Below, in pieces: positions 18,083 through 26,488 of a DNA stretch of 64,000 nt. A model generated the notes under the pieces. That model had not been told where the DNA came from. It did no database searches and saw nothing but the letters and a program-made list of their open reading frames with translations. Each line of letters starts with the position of its first letter. Positions within the stretch are counted from its first letter, which is position 1. The position numbers and the translations under genes were made by a program. The DNA is from Candidatus Fraserbacteria bacterium (GTDB lineage Bacteria; Bipolaricaulota; Bipolaricaulia; RBG-16-55-9), in assembly GCA_037443265.1 (NCBI GenBank), contig JBBIOR010000004.1, forward strand, positions 25,972 to 89,971, read 5' to 3'.

Positions 18083-20893
18083 GTGAGCGCAGCGATAAGC
18101 AAGCGAACGCTAGAGCAGGGGTACGGACGTAGTCTCTGGCTTCTGCTGGTGCTGGTGCTGGGTCTGCTCTGGTGGGGGATGAGCCTGCCGGCTTCGGGAC
18201 AGATCTTCGGAGTGAGCATCGATCCGGCGCTTAAGTGGCAGACGTTGGAGACGGAGCACTTTCGCATCCATTTCCATGAGGGGCTTTTGGGCCCCGCGCA
18301 AGAGGTGGCCATCATCGCCGAGGAGTCTTATAAGATCATCGAAGAGGAGTTTGGACAGGCCCCGGCCAAGCTCGATATCTTCCTGCTAGACGCCTTCGAC
18401 TTCTCCAACGGCTTCGCCAACCCCTTTGGAGATCAAGTCGGAATTTTCACATCTCAGTATCGCCTCTCAGACTGGGCCAACGTGCGGCTGGACTCGTGGT
18501 GGCGCCTGGTGATCTTCCACGAGCTGGTCCACGCCATCGAGCTGGATCAGACCCGCGGCATCTCCAAGATCGCAAGAGCTATCTTCGGCAAGGCCGTGCT
18601 GCCCAACGTGATGAAGCCGATCCCCTTCATCGAGGGCCTCGCCGTCTATGAGAAATATAAATATTTGAAAGAATCTCGGCTGAACGACTCACGCACGCGG
18701 ATGATGCTCCGCCAGATGGTGCTAGATAATAAAATCCCGCGCTTTGACGAGATCAAAGGCTTCTACAGCCGGTCGGAGTGGCCTCCCCTGGGCCAGCTTA
18801 TGTACAACTATGGCTCCTGGCTCATGCGCTATGTTGAAGAGAAGCACGGCAGGGATGCCCTGCGGAGATTCGACGAGGCCAACGCGAGAGGGCCTCTGAA
18901 CCTGCTGGCTCTCTTCGGCTTCGGGGAGGATCTCAATCGAGTCACTTCTGAGGCGCTCGGCCTCTCGGCGGATGAGCTGTATGGGGGCTTTCGCGCCTGG
19001 TTGCGGGAGCAATTCAGCCCCGAGATCGAAGCCCTAAGGCGAGAGGGCATCACCGAGGCACTCCGGGTGACTACCCTCGGATTCTTGAGCGGCCAGCCCG
19101 CATGGTCTCCCGATGGGGAATGGATCGTCTATTCTCACGCGGGGCCCGGCCGCGCCGGCTTGAGGATCATCACGCCCTACGGCGAAGAAGATCATGAGAT
19201 CCTCCCCTCCGGCTCCTATCCCGCCTGGTCGCCCGATGGCCGCTCAATAATATATTCCAAGCTCGACTTCGAGAGCCCCTACTACATCCAGAGCGATCTC
19301 TATCGCTCCGATCTGGCCACAAAGCGCGAGGAACGACTCACCCGGGGCGAGCGGGCCTATTACGCAAAATTCTCCCCTGACGGCGGGAAGATCTTCTATG
19401 CCAAGAACATCGGGCGGGACGGGAGCACCGCCTTGGCCGTCTTGGATCTTAAGACTCAAAAGACCCAAATCATCAAAGAATTTCCCGACAACACGGGCGT
19501 GATTCATTCGTTCGCGATCTCACCGGACGGAGGGAGGATCGCGCTGGCCCTCTGGAGGCGTGGCGGCTTCCAGGATCTTTATCTTATGCCCTCCTCCGGT
19601 GGAGAGCTCACTCCCCTCACCCAAGACAGGAATCAAGACGCCGATCCCGCTTGGTCCCCCGATGGAAAGTATATTCTATTCAGCTCCGATCCCAACCGCG
19701 TCTATAATCTCTACGCCTATCGCCTCGAAGACGGCCAATTCTTCCAGATCACAAACATGATGAGCGGCGCCTTCTATCCCACCCTCTCGCCCGACGGCCA
19801 GCAGATGGCCTTTGTGAGCTACAGCGGCCAGGGCTTCAATATCTACAAGCTGCCCTACGATCCCCCGAGCTGGAAATCCGTAGAGTTTCCTAAAGAGGCG
19901 ATTCCGACTTGGGCGGGATACCCCACGACCCCCTATGCCGTTCGGCCCTACAACCCTTGGCCGCTGCTTGCGCCCAAGTTCTGGCTGCCGTTTCCGGCGC
20001 CCGAAGGCCTAGGCCTGGTGACGGCGGCCTTCGATCCGCTCTTCAAGCACAGCTATAGTGTGGTTGCGGGGTGGGACTTCCAGGCAAGCCGTCCGTTCTA
20101 CTCGCTCACATATCAGAACAATGAGTCTCTGCCAGTAGTGCTCTTTGCCGGCGAGGCTTCCTCAGGGAGTCGCTACGGCTTGCGCGCCTCTATCCCGCTG
20201 GCGCTCTCGACGACGCGTCAGCAGTTCCTCTCCGTCGGCTATGAGCGCCAAAGACAACGGCCCAAAGGGGGAGAAGACAGCTCGAGTGGAGCGAAGCAGA
20301 TCGTCTCCGGGTCATATAGCTTCACTCAGACCCGGCGGCAGGATCTCTTCGGGGATTCGGTGCGGATCAGAGTCAGCGGAGAGCTCTCCCATGTTGAGGG
20401 GAGTGGCCGGTGGCACAAGAAGCTGGTGCTCGACTGGCAGGAGAGCTTCCGCTTGCCCCTCATCGCCAGACACGCTCTAGTGCTTAGAGCCACCGCTGGC
20501 TGGACGGATTCTGATGTCGAGGATGCAAGATTCAAGCTGGGTGGGCCGTATGGAAGATTTGTGCTGCGCGGCTTTCCAGACGCAGCGATGAGGGGGAAGC
20601 AGGCCGTCTCCGCCGGCTTGACGTATGAGTTCCCGCTCTTCTCCATCGAAAGGGGCATGGGTCATTGGCCCCTGTTCTTGGACGACGTGAGGCTGGGTCT
20701 TTTCGTAGACGCCGGAATGGCTGGCGATCAGCTCAATCTGCAAGATCTTCGCGTGGGCTTCGGGCTGGAAGGAAGGCTCTCATTGACGTTGGGATACTCC
20801 ATGCCGTTTGAGCTGATCGCGGGGATCGCCCAAGGAGTGGCAGAGCGCCAGCCGAGGTTCTATGTGAACGCCTCGCTCCCGGAGCTCTTCTAA
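18083..20893 (+). CDS. Omp85-family outer-membrane protein with an N-terminal HExxH peptidase (peptidase-MA-like) and a TolB-like PD40 beta-propeller in place of POTRA domains
   Basis: The 936-aa product has an N-terminal signal/anchor. HELVH...EGLAVYE forms a zincin motif. There are at least 6 WSPDG / SPDGG PD40 repeats. The C-terminal ~320 aa carry the Omp85 signature KLGGPYGRFVLRGF and end ...NASLPELF. Confidence 0.7.
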   Translation: MSAAISKRTLEQGYGRSLWLLLVLVLGLLWWGMSLPASGQIFGVSIDPALKWQTLETEHFRIHFHEGLLGPAQEVAIIAEESYKIIEEEFGQAPAKLDIFLLDAFDFSNGFANPFGDQVGIFTSQYRLSDWANVRLDSWWRLVIFHELVHAIELDQTRGISKIARAIFGKAVLPNVMKPIPFIEGLAVYEKYKYLKESRLNDSRTRMMLRQMVLDNKIPRFDEIKGFYSRSEWPPLGQLMYNYGSWLMRYVEEKHGRDALRRFDEANARGPLNLLALFGFGEDLNRVTSEALGLSADELYGGFRAWLREQFSPEIEALRREGITEALRVTTLGFLSGQPAWSPDGEWIVYSHAGPGRAGLRIITPYGEEDHEILPSGSYPAWSPDGRSIIYSKLDFESPYYIQSDLYRSDLATKREERLTRGERAYYAKFSPDGGKIFYAKNIGRDGSTALAVLDLKTQKTQIIKEFPDNTGVIHSFAISPDGGRIALALWRRGGFQDLYLMPSSGGELTPLTQDRNQDADPAWSPDGKYILFSSDPNRVYNLYAYRLEDGQFFQITNMMSGAFYPTLSPDGQQMAFVSYSGQGFNIYKLPYDPPSWKSVEFPKEAIPTWAGYPTTPYAVRPYNPWPLLAPKFWLPFPAPEGLGLVTAAFDPLFKHSYSVVAGWDFQASRPFYSLTYQNNESLPVVLFAGEASSGSRYGLRASIPLALSTTRQQFLSVGYERQRQRPKGGEDSSSGAKQIVSGSYSFTQTRRQDLFGDSVRIRVSGELSHVEGSGRWHKKLVLDWQESFRLPLIARHALVLRATAGWTDSDVEDARFKLGGPYGRFVLRGFPDAAMRGKQAVSAGLTYEFPLFSIERGMGHWPLFLDDVRLGLFVDAGMAGDQLNLQDLRVGFGLEGRLSLTLGYSMPFELIAGIAQGVAERQPRFYVNASLPELF

Positions 20894-20925
20894 TCAGCTC
20901 CAAGCTGATAGCTGACAGGTAGAGC

Positions 20926-21477
20926 ATGCGCTGGACGCTGGCCACAGGGATTACAGTGGCTCGTCTGGGGCTCTTGCCGCCTGTGATCTTCTTGTTTGTG
21001 GGCGGATGGCGCCTTCTTGCGTTTGTCGTGCTCTTGGTCGTGTTGCTTTTAGATCTCGCAGATGGGGCGCTGGCCCGCAGTCGCCGGGAAGTGACGGAGC
21101 TGGGGAGGATCCTCGATCCCCTGGTGGACAAGTTGGTCTTCTTGACTCTCTTTGCGCTTCTCGTCTGGGTGGGAGAGCTTCCCTGGCCGCCGCTTGTGCT
21201 CTTGGCTCTCTTACAAGGCGGGATCGTCGTGGGTGGGCTCTTCTGGTGGAGGCTGCGGCGGGATGCCCCTCCGCCCAGGCTTCTGGGCAAGGTGGCCTCC
21301 TTCGGGCTCTCCCTGGGCCTCTTGAGTGCGTTTCTGCTGATCCCGCACTACACGGAGATCGTCTACGGCGGCGTGGCGCTGGCGTATCTGGCGGGGCTCG
21401 ATTATCTCTTCAATTTCCTTCGGGCCCTGAGATCCCTGCCATGTAAGGCTGGAAAGGAGCGGGGAGAGGGGCCGTGA
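20926..21477 (+). CDS. CDP-alcohol phosphatidyltransferase (PgsA-like)
   Basis: It has the motif D-x2-DG-x2-AR-x8-G-x3-D-x3-D (DLADGALARSRREVTELGRILDPLVDKL) and 4-5 TM segments. Confidence 0.75.
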   Translation: MRWTLATGITVARLGLLPPVIFLFVGGWRLLAFVVLLVVLLLDLADGALARSRREVTELGRILDPLVDKLVFLTLFALLVWVGELPWPPLVLLALLQGGIVVGGLFWWRLRRDAPPPRLLGKVASFGLSLGLLSAFLLIPHYTEIVYGGVALAYLAGLDYLFNFLRALRSLPCKAGKERGEGP

Positions 21478-22321
21478 ATTCCAGGCTCTGGCCCGTCCGG
21501 GGATGAGTCAAGCGCAACTTCCAGGCGTGGAGCATCATCCTTGGGGCTGGTGGGGTTCGATTCTTCCGTCCGTAGAGGGGATCTCCCACGATCGGATGCC
21601 CGATGGACGTAAGATGGACCCGGATCTGATGCGTGCGGCCCGTCTGGGGACGGACGAGGAGCAGTGTGGCCTCTCTCAGGCGCACCAGCACGCGCCATTC
21701 TGTGGTGGCGGGCCGACCTCCCCAACAGCGCACCTCCATGCGACGCCGCTCGTGCCTGGCGCGTCCGATCGGGGCCTCAACGATGCCCCGATCCCCTCTC
21801 ACCCACCCGTGCACCAGGGCCAGATAGATCTTCTCGACTTGACGCTCTTTGAATTGACGAATGAGCTCATAGTACGCGAGATCGCTCTTGGCGAAGACGA
21901 TGGCGCCGCTGGTCTCTTTGTCCAGCCGATGGACCACACCGGGCCGCTCCGGAGCCCCAACGCTGGCCAGCGTGCGCCCGTGGAGCAACCCCTGAAGGAG
22001 AGTGCCACGGGTGTTCCCTGCTCCAGGATAGACGACTAGGCCAGAGGGTTTATCGACCACCACGAGATCCTCGTCCTCGTACAGTATGGAAAGTTCTAGT
22101 CGTTCAGGTTCAAGCCCTCGAGAGACAGTCGCGGGAGTGTGCACCTCCACACGGGCACCTGCGGCGAGTGGAGAGCTGGGCTTGCCGGGCCGGCCATCGA
22201 CGGTCACGAAGCCCTGCCGGATGAGTTGCTGGATCCGGCTGCGCGAGATCTTTAAATGCACAGCCAACCAGCGATCGAGCCGCTGGCCCTCGGCCTCCGT
22301 AGGCACTGTGAATACTTTCAT
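21410..22321 (-). CDS. RluA-family 23S rRNA pseudouridine synthase (RluD-like, S4 domain)
   Basis: An S4 domain is present (LDRWLAVHLKISRSRIQQLIRQGFVTVDG) and the catalytic Asp lies in HRLDKETSGAIVFAKS. The 3' end overlaps pgsA-like by 68 nt in convergent orientation. Confidence 0.85.
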   Translation of the reverse strand: MKVFTVPTEAEGQRLDRWLAVHLKISRSRIQQLIRQGFVTVDGRPGKPSSPLAAGARVEVHTPATVSRGLEPERLELSILYEDEDLVVVDKPSGLVVYPGAGNTRGTLLQGLLHGRTLASVGAPERPGVVHRLDKETSGAIVFAKSDLAYYELIRQFKERQVEKIYLALVHGWVRGDRGIVEAPIGRARHERRRMEVRCWGGRPATTEWRVLVRLREATLLLVRPQTGRTHQIRVHLTSIGHPIVGDPLYGRKNRTPPAPRMMLHAWKLRLTHPRTGQSLEFTAPLPAPFQPYMAGISGPEGN

Positions 22322-22405
22322 GAGCTTCTCTATATATAATATATACTCGAGAGGCCAGGGGGCTGCCTATGGCTTCGCTGTCTCTGGCAAAGCTCCAAAT
22401 CGACA

Positions 22406-22433
22406 TTGATTCTAGAAGAATTTCGAGTATAAT
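22406..22433 (+). promoter_or_regulatory. Promoter TTGATT-16-TATAAT ahead of the nusA leader; the spacer contains a TTCTAGAA palindrome
   Basis: TTGATT is at 22406-22411 and TATAAT at 22428-22433. This places the TSS ~130 nt upstream of nusA. A possible leaderless 27-codon ORF (22445-22528) lies in the leader. Confidence 0.4.
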
Positions 22434-22564
22434 GGGGGCCAGCCATGAGGATTCACAACGGATGGATTCAGACCCTAGGCGTCTTGCTGGCTGTGGATGG
22501 CTTCTCACCTGATCTCGACCTCACTTGACACTAGCCCCATGAGACAAGGAGCCGTGATCCGACG

Positions 22565-23542
22565 ATGAACGTGGAGTTCTTAGAAGCGCTGGAAGAGATG
22601 GCCAAGGAGGAAGGCATTGAGCGAGAGGAGCTCTACGAAGCCGTCAAGAAGGGTCTAGCGGCGGCCTATCGCGAGAAGTTCGGCCCGGCGACCAATGTCG
22701 AAGTGGAGATCGACCGCAGTTCTGGGGACATCACCATTCGCGCCGATGGAGAAGAGATCGAGTTTGATCTCTCCAAGCTGGGGCGGATCGCCACTCGCCG
22801 CGCCGAGGAGACCATCCGCCAGGAGATCATCAAGCGGCGGCGGCAGATGATCTTCGAGCGCTATCACAAGCGCGTAGGGGAGATCATCAATGGCAGCGTC
22901 CATCGGTTTGAGGGGCGAGATGTCTGGCTCAATCTGGGCCAGGCCGAGGCCCTGCTCGCTGAACAGGAGCGAATCCCTGGCGAGCACTATCGCATCGGGC
23001 AGGTGCTGCGCACCCACCTCTACAGAGTCGAAGAGACGCCGGGAGACCCCAGGATCCTCGTCTCACGGGCTCATCCCGGCTTTGTGCGTGAGCTGCTCAA
23101 ACTGGAAGTGCCCGAGATCGAGAAAGGGCTGGTGGAGATCGTGGCGATCGCGCGGGAGCCTGGAGTCCGCACCAAAGTGGCCGTGCGGGCGCTCGTCCCC
23201 GAGATCGAGCCGGTGGGGACGTGCGTGGGAGCCTCGGGCTCGCGGGTGCGTGAGGTCGTCAAAGAGCTCTCCGGTGAGAAGATCGACATCATCCGCTGGA
23301 GCGATGACGTTCGTGAGCTCATCAAGAACAGCTTGGAGCCAGCTTCCGTCCTGCGCATTGAGCTGGACGAGCAGAACAAGAAAGCCCTCGTGGTCGTCCC
23401 GGATTCGGAGCTGAGCTTGGCGATTGGCAAGGGGGGCCAGAACGTTCGCTTGACCGCAAAGTTGACCGGCTGGAGCATTGACGTGACCAGCCCTGAGGAG
23501 CTCCCAGAGCCCTTCGCATCCTCCAAAGAGGCTGTGAACTGA
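22565..23542 (+). CDS. nusA: Transcription termination/antitermination factor NusA (short form, no AR1/AR2)
   Basis: It has an N-terminal RNAP-binding domain, an S1 domain and KH1-KH2 (LAIGKGGQNVRLTAKLTGWSIDV). The SD AAGGAG lies 13 nt upstream. The usual rimP-nusA-infB context is absent. Confidence 0.92.
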   Translation: MNVEFLEALEEMAKEEGIEREELYEAVKKGLAAAYREKFGPATNVEVEIDRSSGDITIRADGEEIEFDLSKLGRIATRRAEETIRQEIIKRRRQMIFERYHKRVGEIINGSVHRFEGRDVWLNLGQAEALLAEQERIPGEHYRIGQVLRTHLYRVEETPGDPRILVSRAHPGFVRELLKLEVPEIEKGLVEIVAIAREPGVRTKVAVRALVPEIEPVGTCVGASGSRVREVVKELSGEKIDIIRWSDDVRELIKNSLEPASVLRIELDEQNKKALVVVPDSELSLAIGKGGQNVRLTAKLTGWSIDVTSPEELPEPFASSKEAVN

Positions 23543-23549
23543 AGGCTAA

Positions 23550-26417
23550 ATGCGCCAATGCTTGCTGCTCGGCCTATATCGCCTCACCCGGCACTATGCC
23601 TGGTGGGTCGCTATCGCCGTGCTGGCGCTGGCGATTCTCGCGCTCTACTCGTTGAAGGATCTGAAGCTACGGAGCTCCGTCCAGGAGTTGCTCCCCCGCA
23701 ATGATCCCATCCTAGAGAAATTCACCCAGCATCAGGAAGCCCTCCAAGAGGCCCAAGTCATCACGATCCTGCTCACCCTGCGAGCTGCGCCTCCTTCGCC
23801 GGGCGAAGGGGTTGCCAGGCTGCTCGCGGCCGCGCAACAGATTCAACAGACTCTCCTTAACAATGAGGAGATCACTTTGGTAAGCTATCGCCAGGAGAAA
23901 CCCGATCTGCCCTCCTTCCTCAACCTGAGCAACTTAAGCGAGGAGAGCCTGCGGACCCTCGCTGCGACGATGCAAGAGCTCAAGAGAGAAGTCGAGGGCT
24001 CGGGACAGCTACCGGAACTCGATGCCGTGTATGCCTCGATCTCTGAAGCTCTTGAGCAGCTGATCAGCGGCCTGGCCGTGCTCAACCCGCAGGCCCTGGC
24101 GGAGGCGCTAAAGCAGCTGGGCGGGCAGATCGAAGAGCTCAAGGCGCTCAACGAGCAAGTGTATGCCACGCTCTCTCGGCTTCCCCAGGATCTAAAGCAG
24201 GCGGAGGGGCGCATCGATGAGCTGTCTCAACTGCTCTCCTCCTGGCAGAGTGCCCTGCTCCCTCCTCCGCCGCCCAGCGAGACGGAGTATTATCTGTCGA
24301 AGGATCAGCGGTCCTTGTTGGTCCAGGTCTGGCCGCGCGAGTCAGCTCAGAAGAGCTTCGAGTACAATCGTCGAGTCACCGAGCTTGTAAAGATGGCCCT
24401 CGCCTCGCTCGACCTCCCAGGCCAAGGGCTGGACTGGGGTCTCAAGGGCCCGTATGTCTTCTCGGCGGAGACGAATGAGGCCCTCCGCCGAGACATGGAG
24501 AAGACGGCCATCATCACGCATATCGGAGTGCTCCTGCTTTTTATCCTTGTGTTGAAGCGCCTCTTCTACCCGCTCTTGGCGACGTTGCCGATCCTCGTGG
24601 CGCTCATCTTCACAGTCACATGGGCCATGATTGCCTTCGGCGGGCTCAATCCGCTGACGGCCTTCCTGCCGGCGATCGTGTTGGGCATGGGGATCGACTA
24701 CGGCATTCAGTTCATCAGTCATTATCTGGAGGAGCGCAACCAGTCTCGGCGGGTCGCCCCGGCTCTTCGGGCCACCTTGATCACCAAAGGCAGCGCCATG
24801 TTCGTGGCGGCGACAGCCACTTCGCTCGTGCTCTTTGGGCTTGGGGTCCTGTCCCGCTCGCAGGGGCTCTCAGAGATGGGGTTCATCGTGGCCGTAGGGG
24901 TAATCCTCTCTTGTGTGCTGACGTTGATTCTCTTGCCTGCGCTGATTGTGGCCGTTCACACCGTGTTGGGAAGGCGCTTGCGCGCTCGGCCCCCGCGACC
25001 GTGGAATTTGAGCGGGGCCGTCCGTGTGTTGATCCGACACCGTCTGGTCGTGATCGGCCTCGTTTTAGCCGGCACGGTCGCGCTCGCGTGGCCCGCCAGC
25101 CGCGTGCAGTTTGCCTTCATCACGGAGGCCCTCAGGCCGACGAACCTCTCCAGCCAGCGGGTGCGCGCCTACATCGAGCAGAACTTCGCTCTGCCCCAGG
25201 TCCCCGATCTGGAGAATTATTTCCTCTTCTTCGTGGATAACTCTGAGGAAGTCGTGCGCAGAATCTGTGAAGAGCTCGATGCGCTCGAAGCCATCGATCA
25301 GCCTCCTACGGCCTACTATTGCTTGTTTCCCGCGCCTCAAGAAATGGATGTGATCAAGCAGCGGCTGGCCACGCTGAGACAGCTGGACTTGGTCGCCCCA
25401 CTAGACCAAGGGGCCCAGCGACTCCAGGCGCTCCAGGAGCAGTTCGCCCGGCGGGAGGCCATCCTGGCGGCGTTGACCCGCCTTGAGGAGTCCTTGAGCA
25501 GCGGTCAAGAGAACGTCCTTCGCGCGACGGGCGATCAAGTCTTGGCGGCAGAGCTCTCTTCGTTGCTTGACTCCACCCACGCGATTCGCGCACGACTGGA
25601 GGAGCTCGTTCCCGCCCGACTGGAGGACCAGATTCAGGTGCTCCGTGTGAAGCTCGTGGCCGTATCCGATCAAGCGAAGAGCATTCTGGGGGTGGCACCC
25701 ACCCCACAACAAGTAGAGCAGATGGTCTATCTGTGTGACCAAGAGCCCGCGCACGCTCTCTGCCAGAAATTCTTCACCACCGACGCCACCGGCCGCAAGA
25801 AAGCCATCGTCTATGCGCACGTCCGACCCGATTGGTTGTGGAACAGTGCCCGCTATGATCAGTTCATGGAGGAGGCCCAGGCCGTCTGGAGCGACTTCAT
25901 CGGGCTGCCCATGATCCAAGCTACGCTCAAGGAGTTCATGCAGCGCGATTTCTGGTGGTCCACCGGCCTGGCACTCTTGATCATCTTGATCGTGCTAAGA
26001 ATCGACTTCCATCGCTTTCCCATCCCGGGGGCGACGTGGCTTTCACTCCTCACGCTGGGCTTGGGGTATCTGTGGATGCTCGGCGTGATGGGGCTTTTGC
26101 GGATCGATTTCAATGTGGTGAATATTTTGATCTCGCCACTGATCATCGGCCTGGGGGTGGACAACTGTGTCTACTTGCTCCATCGCCATCGGGATTTTGG
26201 CGGCTCTTCCATCGAGCGCGCCACGGCCTCCACCGCCTTGCCCATTCTGGCCAACGCCCTAGCGACGATGATCGGCTTTGGGAGCCTCATGCTGGCGGAG
26301 ACCTCCGCGTTGCGGATTCTGGGCCTGTCGGCCGTGATGGGGATTGGGTTCATCACGCTGCTCAGCTTGACGTTTCTGCCTGCCGTGGTGGGCGCGCTCG
26401 CTTCGCGCTCGCGTTGA
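23550..26417 (+). CDS. MMPL/RND-superfamily membrane exporter (HpnN-like)
   Basis: The 955-aa product has two 6-TM bundles, each preceded by a large extracytoplasmic domain, which is MMPL architecture. Confidence 0.75.
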   Translation: MRQCLLLGLYRLTRHYAWWVAIAVLALAILALYSLKDLKLRSSVQELLPRNDPILEKFTQHQEALQEAQVITILLTLRAAPPSPGEGVARLLAAAQQIQQTLLNNEEITLVSYRQEKPDLPSFLNLSNLSEESLRTLAATMQELKREVEGSGQLPELDAVYASISEALEQLISGLAVLNPQALAEALKQLGGQIEELKALNEQVYATLSRLPQDLKQAEGRIDELSQLLSSWQSALLPPPPPSETEYYLSKDQRSLLVQVWPRESAQKSFEYNRRVTELVKMALASLDLPGQGLDWGLKGPYVFSAETNEALRRDMEKTAIITHIGVLLLFILVLKRLFYPLLATLPILVALIFTVTWAMIAFGGLNPLTAFLPAIVLGMGIDYGIQFISHYLEERNQSRRVAPALRATLITKGSAMFVAATATSLVLFGLGVLSRSQGLSEMGFIVAVGVILSCVLTLILLPALIVAVHTVLGRRLRARPPRPWNLSGAVRVLIRHRLVVIGLVLAGTVALAWPASRVQFAFITEALRPTNLSSQRVRAYIEQNFALPQVPDLENYFLFFVDNSEEVVRRICEELDALEAIDQPPTAYYCLFPAPQEMDVIKQRLATLRQLDLVAPLDQGAQRLQALQEQFARREAILAALTRLEESLSSGQENVLRATGDQVLAAELSSLLDSTHAIRARLEELVPARLEDQIQVLRVKLVAVSDQAKSILGVAPTPQQVEQMVYLCDQEPAHALCQKFFTTDATGRKKAIVYAHVRPDWLWNSARYDQFMEEAQAVWSDFIGLPMIQATLKEFMQRDFWWSTGLALLIILIVLRIDFHRFPIPGATWLSLLTLGLGYLWMLGVMGLLRIDFNVVNILISPLIIGLGVDNCVYLLHRHRDFGGSSIERATASTALPILANALATMIGFGSLMLAETSALRILGLSAVMGIGFITLLSLTFLPAVVGALASRSR

Positions 26418-26433
26418 GTCCTGCCCCTTGCGC

Positions 26434-26439
26434 TATAAT
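26434..26439 (+). promoter_or_regulatory. -10 box TATAAT upstream of rny, leaving a ~45-nt leader with SD GGGAGAGG
   Basis: The context is CTTGCGCTATAATAGGG, and it shares TTGCGCTATA with the spoVS promoter. Confidence 0.4.
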
Positions 26440-26488
26440 AGGGCGAAGATGAACTTTGAAGGCAGGCCTGAACTGAGGGAGAGGTGTT

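Noticed and set aside
21535-21560. tRNA T-arm-like string GGGGTTCGATTC
   Set aside because: It lies inside the RluA-family coding region. The flanks do not form a T-stem or acceptor stem, so there is no tRNA.
26434-26451. Shared 11-mer GGCGAAGATGA directly after the -10 boxes upstream of rny (26434-26451) and of the 84-aa gene (32243-32262)
   Set aside because: Identical 11-mers are expected hundreds of times by chance in 64 kb on both strands. The positional coincidence alone is insufficient to call an element.
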